Below, piece after piece: positions 44,932-57,137 of a stretch of 64,000 nucleotides of DNA (position 1 is the first letter of the stretch; every line of letters begins with the position of its first letter). The stretch comes from Lingula anatina (taxonomy: Eukaryota; Animalia; Brachiopoda). Made by a program: the position numbers and the translations under genes. A model generated the notes under the pieces. It saw nothing but the letters and a program-made list of their open reading frames with translations. It had not been told where the DNA came from and searched no databases. Where the stretch lies: contig CM120646.1 of the NCBI GenBank assembly GCA_051362555.1, positions 11,346,001 to 11,410,000 on the forward strand. Reading direction: 5' to 3'.

Positions 44932-47651
44932 GAATATGTACTTTGCAAAGAAACACAACATCCTGTAAGTTGCAGTCTTTGATTACATGTATGTTGCAAG
45001 ATTAAGAAAGAATCGGAATCGGCATCTGCTTAAAACGCCATTATATTAACGTTCATCTTTAATCATAACAGTATTATCCACCACTTGACCCTCACCAAGG
45101 AAATTAGGATTTTTCAAACAACGATGACGAAAGCGAACCTGGAAGCGTTCCAGCGGAAAAAAAAGAGGTACAAAAGTAATCAGGAACATCGGACGAAAAC
45201 AGACTAATGACAAAAGCCCACAGATGGTCACTTTACAAACCTCGAATTTGGGGAAAGTAGAGTGTTGTCGCTTCTGTCTCAGATGGAACTACACACGGAG
45301 GGAGGTACACGCAATGGTGTGGAAAAAGAAGCAAAGCAAACAACAGAGAGAGGGTTTGAAAAGTTTTATATGTAATATCCCTTTTTGTTTTTTATTGAAA
45401 AGTAATACTTTAATGGAACTTTTATTAATTTTAAATGTAGTAGTACAGGTTTTAGTCTCTCATAACCCTTAGAAGGGCGGGATTTATTTTTTTAAAACGT
45501 GAGACTTTAATAGAGTTATTATTATTATTATTATGCATAAAGGACGGCGAGATCGGGCATAAAATTGCTAATGAAAGCTTTGGGTGTTGAAATTTGTTGA
45601 CTTTCAACCAGTTCACTTGAGAAGGCATGATTTTCATTTATGTAATGAAGATGAAGCAATTGCCAGTAATTTGATCGCAATCTAAACACGATTTGACGGA
45701 ATTATTATACCTGTATGTGAGTTAGTTTAGACGGACTAGGGCTCAATTTTCCTTTTACTCTTCGCTGTGCTTGAATACATAACTATGCCCAACTTGAAAG
45801 GCAGATCAATAAAACTAAACTCTAGGATTAAATCATTCGTTATAGTTGTCCTAAACGTGGATACATTCAGGGTCTCTAGATACCTGTACATTAAACTCCG
45901 GGAGATTCATCGCCCAATATGGATTCTCAAGGGAAAATAAGCAATTTTCTTCAATTCACGAATCATTATCTATCTATCTCTCTCTGCACTTGGATTCGAC
46001 CTTAAATAAATTTTATAAAGCCTGATTTTAAACTAAAAATTACTGGCCAGTCATAATAACAGCGACCATTTCCTATAAACTTCAATGGGAATATCGTCAG
46101 GTACGATCCAGGGGTTAAATCATAACAAGGTAAGTGAGGTTTTGTAGGAAACTGTGAATGGCAAAAATAAGCATTTTGGAGGATTTCCAAACGCATGGAG
46201 TGTACCTTTAAGCAGCAATGATGCAAAAGGATCTGGGAACGATGCAATGGAATACAACGGAAAAGGGAAAGTCCCTGACAGGGACTGTAAAATGAAAACA
46301 GACATCGGGGACGATCTAATGCAAAGACGGAGAGATGGAAAATGTATGGAAAGTGGACCCCATTTATGAAGAGGGGAGTGGAATTATACATAGAAATAAT
46401 GAGTGTGAAGTTGTACACCCACACTAATGACTTTATAAAGTCAATGAATTCTCATTGTGGTAGCGAAGTTAGACTGGCACATTGAGTGTTTACAGTATCT
46501 ACGTGAATTATGTGCAGTTTGCAGGCTGTAGTTGCTTAAGAATACCTTATGGCCTTTCTTATACATAAACATGAACACGGTTGAAAGAAAAAAAAGTAAA
46601 TAATATATTGAATTTACTTTGTTATACATCCTAGTTCCAGTGAATGACCATACTTCATGAATTCATACAGGCAAAAACATGGACAAAATTTGGGAATCTT
46701 ATTATCATTTTAGTCCTTAATCTGTGCTCTTTGAGCAACTTCATTTTCTTATTTTAAAATTACATTCTGCATGAAGAATTCTGAGTGAACTATGCAGTTA
46801 TATTAGTACCAAAGACTAAAGCCATTCTATACGATTTCTTTGAGATAAACAATAATAAGATATATAATTTGATGAATTAAGAGGAGTCTACTGTAAATAC
46901 ATTTGCGAGATTGTGACATGAATACATCTACAGTACTAATTTCACTTCACATGGTAGTTACGTATTACTCATATGCACAATAACATGTTAGAGCTTTTAC
47001 AAACTAACTTAACTTGTACTTTACTTACACGACGTTGTGACTTTCAAAAACGCGTGCGTGTTACCTTCTCGGTTTTTTTGTCTTTGTCCCTTTGCCCCGC
47101 CTCCCGCTGTGAAGAGTATTCTAGCTGCAACACAGGCTATGAGCTGAAGTGAACCCGAGTGGCTAAATTCACGTATTCATGTGATAACTACAGTCTAACT
47201 AGCAGTGATTCACAAAGGCGGTTGCCACACCCTGACCAGGGGAGTAGACAACCTACCTTATATTCAACTCATAGGAATCCTGTGTGCGTTTTCACAATCG
47301 CTCCATGATCAATATCTACTCTGACACTATTGCTGAATGTCAGCTATAGTGGTATAATTAAGTAGATATGGTATTGGTCAAGGAATGCTCGCAGATTGTG
47401 GGCTTGACGCACAAGGTGTGTTCTGTCCGGTGTCTCGGCGTGGAGTACTTCTAAATTCATAACACGCGCTTCCTCAGCGTGTGCTGACACCTGGACGACG
47501 CTTCATCATGTTTCACAATCACATACCCACAGCAGAGCAATGGATTCTATTTTTTTCTGTTTATACGTTGGTCAACCTCAAAGCAATAATACAACGGACA
47601 CAACAATGTGAAGATGACCCAAACATGTGAAGATGATTCAAACATGTGAAG

Positions 47652-48748
47652 ATGATCCAAACACATAGACAGCTGCTATCTTTGCGTTGCTGGTTAATAC
47701 TAGGTGAGGTTATTTATTGATTCAAAACCGTCTGAGTTGACCTATTTCATCCAGGCACTTGCACTGCGCCGTTTTCTCACCGTTTGCGGGGGTATTTTGG
47801 TAAGATTTTTGCCTCTCGCGCAGCTTAGCAAAATATCTCACGTGTTTGATATTTTGGTGTCTTGAGGCAAATAGCTCAGCGTGTGCGGGGTGCAAGCGCC
47901 GATTGCTCAAGTCATGCCAACAATGCGCATGTGCCGGTAGCCGGAAACAAAGAAAAATGGCAGCCTCCAGCGAAGTGAAGAAAAATGTACACAGATATAG
48001 TTAGTCTGATTGATTAACATGGTCACCATTTTCCATTACTTTCAGAAAAAAATCAATATGTAATATGTTTCCTTAATCACATGATCCCACAGTTTACGGT
48101 GCGTCCGATAGGGACAGGCCGGGAGGCACCTCTGCTGAGCAAAGAGCGCAGCGTTTGCGGGGAGCTGAAGAGCGCGTGTGCAGGGTGCTATAGGCTACTT
48201 CAATGTGCAAGAGGAATAACAAGAATATGCGGATATAAAATTATATACCAACGCAGTGAAATACTCTGATACGCAGAACCAAATTTCCAGTCTTAATAAT
48301 GTTTCCACATTGTGCTGGTAATTATTAGGCTGGTGAATAATTTTAAAATAATTTGTAAGAGGAAAAACGAGCTGTTAGTCTCTGGTTTAGCTTATGTTGT
48401 ACTAAATTATAAATCACACCACGAGGTGCATTTTCTACCACCCCCTGAGGAATTGCGCTTGAGAAGGTTTCATTAGAGTCACGTACGCCTTTACTTTTTC
48501 ACACCTGCTGATCTCACGGATGAATTGCATTAAAAATTAACAATTGAGTCAATGAAGCAAAACAATTCACTGGCTTAACATTTTTTTTAAGTGGGATTAC
48601 TGGTAAATATTTTATAAAATTAGTGGGATTTAATAGAAATATTTCTCGATGAAATATAGTATAGTGACGTTGAATAATTAATAACCACACAAAATACATT
48701 ACAATATTGGACAAATTTCGACATGCCATTTTAGTTAATTTATTTTTC

Positions 48749-48779
<31 letters not shown>

Positions 48780-49257
48780 TGGCCACGCGCCAATAAATAA
48801 ACTTCGTTTCCAGCTTGTTGTTCTTCAGAGACTTTGCAAGAAGACACAGAGGCTGTGTTTGCGCGAGAAAATGGCCTTGTAGAACTGAGCTGGTCACTGT
48901 TTATTGGTGAAAATGCAGGCAGGTCGTCGGTAAATGTCATGATCAGAAAGAGCAACGCTCTGCTTTGTCAGTGGGTAAAGGCACACTGGGAGGTAAACCA
49001 ATGCGACCCAGGAATGAACTTAACAATCAGCCCAAAAGACGTGCGTGTACCTGGTCCAACCAATATTACTGCTACGTTTTCCTTTAAGAACAAGGGGCGT
49101 GTCGATGACGGGACCTACGAATGTCGTTTTGTGATTGACGAAAAATGGCACGAGATGCAAATGTACCCCAGATATTTAGTGACAACGGGTGAGTTACTTG
49201 AACAGTGAGTAAAACTGTTTGCATCTGCTAGTACCAGTATAGAATAATGTAAGGTAA

Positions 49258-49328
<71 letters not shown>

Positions 49329-52300
49329 ATTAATTTCATAAAGCAATTAGCCAGGTATGCCACATTTATTTAGTGGCCCATACGACAGGAAATGAGCCCG
49401 TCTCCAGGGAAGTAACAAAGGGGGTGGTCGAATAAAGCACTAGAGCAAGCCTCCGAACTTGTCTATTCCTGCTCCAGTGATTAACTCGAATACCTAGATC
49501 GTTACCTACCCGGAGAAATGCTCATCTCCTGTTGAATGGATCACCCTTAGCCTGTACATTCTCCAAACCTATCCTCTTTGGATTATTTTTTGTAAAGATG
49601 AATATTTAACAGTGCCTACCTGTATGTGCCAACAATCCTCAATCTGTTGATACGCCCAAGAACAACATTTAAACGGAGATCAGTGAAATTCCCATGGATA
49701 TGATAGACATTGCCATTATATACTTAAGTTTTCGAGTAGTCACAGTGATCCAGCACCAAGTAGCTTGAATCGAACTAGGTCGGAGAAGAGACGGAGAAGC
49801 GGCTTTAAATCAAAACCTCTCGGAAGGTAAAAGGTAAATCTAATTTTAAGAGCGCGTCCATGAGAAAGCCAGACAGATCAGTCAGAAGGTGGCAAGGTGG
49901 GGGTCAGCAGATTTTAATAATTTTTGGTGTGGTAAACCATCAACATAAAAGATATTGTGAGCCACTGGCTTTCTTATTTTGGATCATTAGTTTTAGAGAT
50001 ATGGGGGCAGATCTTTTATTGGCAATTTTGCCAAAATATAGCACTTTTTAGCTCTTGAAAAGTTATAATTTTAAATATTCTTTTAAAAAATCATGTACAG
50101 CATAAGGAATTATTAAGGTAAGCCACATGATAGGTTAAGGAAAGACCTTTAATACCCAGTACAGATTTTTTGAAAAGGCACTGTCATGACCACACAAGGT
50201 TGATTCTAATAAGGCATGTTTTCCGTATGCTTGACCTCCCCCCCCCCTTCTTTAAATGCACACAACTTCTTTTTTGCAGGTTTTATCCATATAATTTTGG
50301 TATGTGCTGATAGAAAAGGGTTGAAAAATAAATTTTGTAAAATAAAATCTGTGTTAAACCTTGTAAAATAAGAACTACAACAATTTTAAAAAGGGCCTAA
50401 AAACGAATATTTTTATACTACTTAAATGCTAAACTGTTTCTTCAACTAAATAAATAAGTCAAAACCATGTATAGGTTTGTGAAAAGCCCTTAAAATAATT
50501 ATGTTTGCCCTGCAGACGAACTTATGAAGCGAAAATGCATTTTTTAAATTTGTTTATGTTGTAGAAACTAAATGTAAAATAACGATGCTAACTCTGTGAC
50601 CTATTTTCAACATGGCGGGTACTAGGATTATCACCGGAGCAGCTGTGGAGCAAAGCACATCGTCTTCACAGTGTTAAAACATAATACTTTCTTAAATTTA
50701 TGAAGAACACGCACTAGAGATGCTTAAGTACATCTCAGAAGGATTGGTGTGCACCAGAATATAACAAGAAATGACCATAGCAGCTGGTCGTCCTTAGAAT
50801 GTGCATTTTTTGGTTGAACCACTTCAGACTGTTGTCAGGCTTGGGTTCCTCAATATATCCATCTCATCGATTTAGCTCTGGATGTTTGTTGTAAGGTAAG
50901 TGATCAGTGGTGGCATACATATACTAGAATCAGATACACTAAAAACTCAAACCAGTTTAAATAATACGTTTGAATATTATTCAGTAATATAAAGAATATA
51001 AGCAAATTTTAAAGACATACTGGTATATTTCAATTCACAGAGTTTTACTTGATTTCTGTTTCATGGTAAACATGTATGCTGAAAAGAATTAACTGTGTAT
51101 CTAACTTATGAAGTATATTTTTGCATTAAATTCTAGGGCTTTGTTACATGTGTTATCATAACACAAACAGTTAAGGACTATGCTGAGCTTGAAGACAGCT
51201 TCATAAGAAATTTCTTACCCAGAGTCAAAGGTATGTAACACACATTCAGTTTCAAGTTTTGGCATTTTAGGGGATGTTACTTGTGCCAGTTTTTTACATT
51301 TTAGTTTTTTATTCACTTTGCAGATTTGTGTGTTTACAATGAAGTTGAAGTTAACCGCCTGTGCTTCAATTTTCAAGACTTACATATATTACACAGGACA
51401 CTTGTAACTAAAGGTACTTATGTAAAATCAGGAAAACTTTGCGGTCCATTATGTTGTTCATGTTGCTTTGCAAGGGGGCGTGCCAGACAATTAAGCTGAT
51501 TACAACGACTGAGCCCGAGTGTGATACTCCGCTGAGATAGATTGATCCTGCTACGATAGTTTCTATTCTGAACACAGTAAGCCTCTGTTGTTGTAAAGCA
51601 TTTATTGATGTTATGTTTATTTTTCAGAATTTACATCCTAGTCCTGTATGTGAACCTTGACCTGGACAATCTTACAGACAATAATAGAAAAGTCACCTGA
51701 AATTGCACAGGCAAATTCATCAGATTCAGATGTGAGCACCAACTTTGTAATGCCTGGAACACTTCCATGGAGAAGAAAAAAGGTTTACCTTTTTTTCATT
51801 TGTTTCTTTTTATATCATGAAATTCTGGTAGCTACAGTCATGCATATTTGATTTCTTTTTTTTTACATTTATGCAATATGTTTGATCAGAATATTATTTA
51901 GTAATTGTTCTTATACAGCAATTAACATGAGTTTAAAATATGTTTAATACATTTTCTTTTGACAGCCTGTCCTGCCATCTTCAGGTAGAATCAGTAGTGG
52001 ATATCCTGGCAAACCTCTATTGGACTTGGAGGAGCCACCTTGGGACAATCCCCTATTGGACTTGGAGGAGCCACCTTGGGACAATCCCCCATGACAAATG
52101 TGCATCTTTGTCTTGGCAATCTCATTCAGTTTTGTAGGAAAGGAGGATTGGGGCCATTGAATTTACAAATATTGACAATTGACAGTTCAGTCACACTAAA
52201 CTATAGTGGCATGTTGCTTCAAGTTACCACACTTATTCTAAGATTGCTGAATTATCATTACTGTAGGAGACCCTGGATCTCTCAACCAGAAGAAGAAACT

Positions 52301-54978
52301 TGGGGATCAATCAGTTATAAGATTAAAATCTGTGGAACACTACCCATCACTGTTGTGTTCAGTATATGGAAAAGATGGCCGTGATATGGGAACCTTGGAG
52401 ATTCATAACTTGATTTCACTCCTGTAAAAAGTAACTGCTTTGTTCTTTTACTGTCCAATTGATAATATGAAAATAAAGTACTCCTCCTGTCATTGTATGT
52501 TGCTGACTCTGTTTTAATTTTCTTTATAGATAAAGAATATAGATATCAAGATATCACATGTATTTACAAAGCCTATGAATCATTAGAAAGGAAAAAGAAT
52601 GGTTGAAAAATGCAATATAAATCATTTCAAGTGGATTAATTAGTGTTGCACTTGAGAAAACTGATAAAATGAGACAGTCATTCCCTTTTACCGTTAGAAA
52701 AATCATTTGTAATTTTTTTTCTCTATTGCTCCCTGAAAATAAGGTATATACACAATGCTGATGACACTGGATATGCACAGTAATAACTTATTAAATGGAG
52801 GGGGGGGGGGGATAACTTGTAATTTAAATTTATTCAGAAGTTGTATGGCTCTGTTTGAAAAGAATATTATTTGAGCAATCCTGTATTACAGATCTCAAAA
52901 TAAAAAACCTGCAAAAATGGGCCTCTTGATTATTTTGAGGAATTAGGGTAACTGTATTTTTGGGACAGATTTGATGGCAGCCATTTTGTATTTATAAAAA
53001 TTGGATAGATTTGCCCTTATCAAAGCATAGTTTGAATTCCTGGCTGTGAGTCTTTGATTAAATTTGATTATTGGAAGGAATTTTATCTCAAAATGTACTG
53101 ATATCTTGATTTCGGCCGTTTGGTTTTCTGCTAAAATTGCTTAAGTTTGAGGCACTTTTTCAATATCTTCTGTTGTGTTTAACACACTTTTTGAATTTTG
53201 TATGATTAGACCAATATATGCTTAGGATCCCTATAAAATTTTATGGCTGTCAAGCCTGCAAAAAGAGAGATATGAATGCTTGAACATTGCTTGGTAGAAA
53301 AGTGAGTTTGGGGGGGGGGGGGGGTGGGGTCATAAAAATGGGCGTGGCTCGTTAGTTTGTGGGTTAAACTGAAATTTAGTAACATATTCTCAGTGGCAAA
53401 TGGCTGGTTTAAATAGGTAAATTTTCAATTAATTTTAAAAAGTCGTCAGTTTTGACATATTTGCTTATGAAGTGGCTTTATTGACCGAAGCTGAAAATTA
53501 AGCCAAAAATGGCCAAAACATATAATATCATATTATAATTATATCCAATGATTTCTTTTGGGATTGTTGCCTTCAATCTTAATATCTCCTATATATGCAA
53601 CAATATTATGAATTTGGTTGAAATCTGTTGACCCCCACCTTGCCACCCTCTGACTGGTCTTATCATGGACACACACTTAATTAAAATGCTTAAAATAGTT
53701 GATATGTTATAAACCATTAATACGCCAAGTTTAAGAAAATTCCACACATCAGATAACAATCTGACACTTATAGCGATGACAAGAACAGTTATCAATGCTG
53801 TTACCTTTACTCGCAACCCTTTAACCCTGAGGTTTGATATTCTGCATTACAGCATGTTGGTATAGCTGAAGTGTCTCTGCTCTTCAAACTTTGTTTTTCA
53901 GCCTTATATGTTAATATCTAGGCCCAGTGGACAATGCATTTTATTGAAGTCAGCCTTCTCCACTTTTTTCTCAGAAGAACCAAATGTGACTTTGAATACA
54001 ACCGACAGCAACACACACAACACCAAGTTCATCTGCCATGTGAGTGGTGGCCGCCCGAAACCTGTCGAAACGATCCTTTTAAAGAATGGAACCGAAATAT
54101 CTTGCTCCAGACTCATATGTCTAGAAGAAGCAGGCAGTGCAGATGGCGATGAGGATTGCTTTTCTATCCATTCTGTTGAAAACTTGGGTGGTAGATGCAA
54201 GTGTCGAGTGGAACATGCCGATTACATTGTTGACAGTGCCGAAATGAACATCCCCTTTACGACAGTAGATGAACGTGAGAATGTGACTTTCTATAACATT
54301 ACAATCTCTCTCTCTCACTTTATTTCTGGTAATGTTAAAAGAAACTAAATACAAGACTCATTTGAAATGCATTTATTCCAAGAGAAAACACATTATTCCT
54401 TCTGTTTCAATTTACATATTCCTTTTTTTATCTTTTAAATTATCTTCAGCGACAGAAAACGAAAACAGTGCTGCATGTCCTGGGATGAATGACTGTGAAA
54501 TTTGGTCCACTGTATTGTTATATGTTATAACAATACTAACCTCAATTATCGTTGTCCTGGTAGTATTTGTAGTGGTACTTGTCTACCTACAGGTACAAGT
54601 ATGGCGAGGGGGAACACACATGAAAACATGCGGTAAGTTACGCTCATTTAAGTTTGACTCAATCACCTTACACTTTACTCACTACTTTAATAGGACTTAA
54701 AATATTACGTCCATTTTCCGTTTTAACGAAGTTAACTAGTTGAGGATTAAAGGAGTTAACATTATGTATGCTTACAGGCAAAATGTATGAATGTTCATTT
54801 TCTATAAATCGATCATTTTATAGACAGAGGTGGGAATGTTACGCAAATCGAAGAAGAAACAGAACAGTGTCTTGCCCACTATGCACGTGACACTGGTTCA
54901 GTTGAAATCGTTCCCTTAGAAATGGAAAACGAACCTTGTATATCCGAAGAAGATGACGTAGAGAGAGAGACCTGTTAG
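47652..54978 (+). CDS. Gene F: family-2 two-Ig type I membrane protein with acidic cytoplasmic tail
   Basis: Exons: 47652-47703 leader; 48814-49188 V-like Ig (DDGTYECRF); 53975-54274 Ig2 (FICHVSGGRP..CRVEH; donor inferred at GTGAGA); 54450-54632 TM; 54824-54978 tail. All junctions phase 1 and open. Confidence 0.72.
49260..49328. repeat. (TA)n microsatellite
   Basis: About 34 TA units with one interruption. Confidence 0.95.
49500..49780 (+). mobile_element. Tc1/mariner transposase remnant (C-terminal part)
   Basis: Degenerate translations ..PVHSPNLSSLDYFL* and VCANNPQSVDTPKNNI*TEISEIP resemble the WPxxSPDLxPLDFFLW..VYxxxP region of Tc1/mariner transposases; several stops. Confidence 0.65.
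49850..53676. mobile_element. 3.8-kb TIR element with TTAA target duplication (Kolobok-like, non-autonomous or degenerate) in F intron 2
   Basis: TTAA at 49846-49849 and 53677-53680; inverted repeats GTCCATGA..CAGTCAGA(A/G)GGTGGCAAGGTGGGGGTCA(A/G)CAGATTT; starts with G, not the CC of piggyBac. Confidence 0.8.
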
Positions 54979-55329
54979 TAATCAAGCCTTATTCGGTACC
55001 AACCTGATTTGAAATGGACGAACGACGAACGAAACCGAGAACAAGCTAAGACAACAAGTTTGGCTGGAAAATGACAAAATATAAATCAAATCAACAAGCT
55101 TTTAAAGGTTTTGTGGAAAAAAGTTCTGTGAAGGAAAGATGAAAGATGCTTGAAATAACACAGTAAGACAAAGGTGGAACGAAATTAAGGTTATGGCTGC
55201 AAATCTGAACAATAGTGAATGCAATGGGAATATAAAAAGAGAGGCAATCAATCTGTGACAAGCTTTGGAGCCGAATTCCAACACGGCAGCAGGCCCACTA
55301 CCTGGAAATTAAACCATCATCCTTGAAAG

Positions 55330-55850
55330 AATGAACAATGCCTTTTTGAAAATTAGAATTAACAAATCATCAAAACCAGATGAGATCCCATATTGGATTT
55401 TACATGACTTTACTCCATATCTTGCTCTTCCAATCTGTGCAATATTTCAGTCATTACTCAGAAGCGGCCGTGTACATGTACCAGCATGCATATATAACCT
55501 CCCTACCAAAGTGCACCCCACCCAAAGCAACAGAAACAGACGTAAGACCAATATCGTAAGCGACGGTTCTCTCCAAAATATTAGAGTGGTTTGTTGTCAA
55601 ATGGATTTGGAACAGTAAAATGTAATTCAAGCGGAAAAAGTATTCAGCGACGGTTTGGCAGCATAATACGTTTGCTATAATTTAGGGTATTGATATCATT
55701 GCCACGTCAACTGATTGCCTCGAATGCAACTGGTAGACTACACTAAAGCGTTTGACAAAATTGATCACTCACTACAAATACAAAAACTTCATTCTATGTG
55801 ACTTCATTGTGTCATTATTAGGTGGGTCACTGACTTTCTCACAGAGTGTT
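55330..55850 (+). mobile_element. Non-LTR retrotransposon reverse transcriptase remnant
   Basis: PDEIPYWILHDFTPYLALPICAIFQSLLRSG, DVRPIS and LVDYTKAFDKIDH motifs, broken by frameshifts. Confidence 0.8.
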
Positions 55851-55854
55851 ACAC

Positions 55855-56705
55855 AACATCATTTTTTATAGATCGAGATAGGAATGTTACGCAATTCAAA
55901 GAAAAAACAGAACGGCGTTTTGCCCATTACGCACATGACACTGCTTCAGTTGAGATCGTTCCCTTAGCAATGGAAAACGAACCTTGCATTTCTTAAACAT
56001 ACGGTAAGCTTCACTCATTCAATTTGACATACATAAATAAAAATGAACTAAATCGTACACTGTAGTTAGTTGCATCCATTTTCTGTTTCAACGAAGCTTC
56101 ACTGTGAATTAGCTGAGTTAGGTGTGGTGAACAACTTTAAGGCATTTCAGTGAACGCCGTCCTGGATTATATCTAGTTTGGCGGTGGTTTCGAATGGTTA
56201 TTCCTATGAATCGGTTCTTGTTTGTACAATCATAATACTATCATAACATACACTCCTTTTTACGAAACGTGATAGGCCTACCGTAAATAATTCAGGAAGC
56301 GGAGAAAGCCATTTGCCATATGCACTTGACTTCGGGAACGTGCAAGCAATAGAGATTCCTGACATTGCCCATGTGTAAGAACGTGCACTTTGCAAAGAAA
56401 CACAACTTCCTGTAAGTTGTAGTCTTTGATTACATGTATGTTGCAAGATTAAGAAGAATGAAGAAAATTTTGAAAAAGAAAATCAGTCGTATAAATAGCC
56501 CCCCTACTACATGTTGTCGGCATTGAGAAGTCAGAGAATCGGAATCTGCTTAAAACGCTATTGTACTGACGTTCATCTTTTATCACAACAGTATTGCCCA
56601 CCACGTGACCCACACCAAAGAATTTCGGATTTTTCAAACAGCGATGACGAAAGCGAACCTGGAAGCGTTGCAGCGGAATAAAAGGAGTAAAAAAAGTCAT
56701 CAGGA
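55855..56705 (+). pseudogene. Second copy of family-2 cytoplasmic and terminal exons, paralogous to 44400-45185
   Basis: Exon from 55872 (DRDRNVTQFKEKTERRFAHYAHDTASVEIVPLAMENEPCIS*) has an in-frame TAA before its donor; terminal exon GSGESHLPYALDFGNVQAIEIPDIAHV* at about 56296-56378. Confidence 0.7.
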
Positions 56706-57137
56706 ATTTCATTTAAAAAAAAAAAAAAACTAGTGTGCTACGGTTGATACATATGCAGACGGAAAGGTGCATATTAAAGACAGGTCTAAACTGAGGAGTG
56801 CAATATGCATAAAGATGAAACAGTGTTAAGGGGACAGATAGGGTTAACTACGCTTAAAATCATGTTTTTGAGTTTTTTGTGTGTTTCTATTAATCAAAAA
56901 AGTATCTAACGTTGGCTGTAATAATTATTTTGAATTTGCACCGCAAAATGTGTCTTTTGATGAGTTTTTCAACCGGCACGCGCCCCAGTCAGGCTGACAA
57001 CTAAGCCACGCCTCTGTTGCTAAGGGCCGTTGCCATGAGGGGGGCGGAACATAGGTAATGAGTTATAAGCCGATTACGTGTGCGGTAATAGGTCATAAGT
57101 CTTACATCAGCTAAGCAGTGAAGAAGTCGAGTACGCT

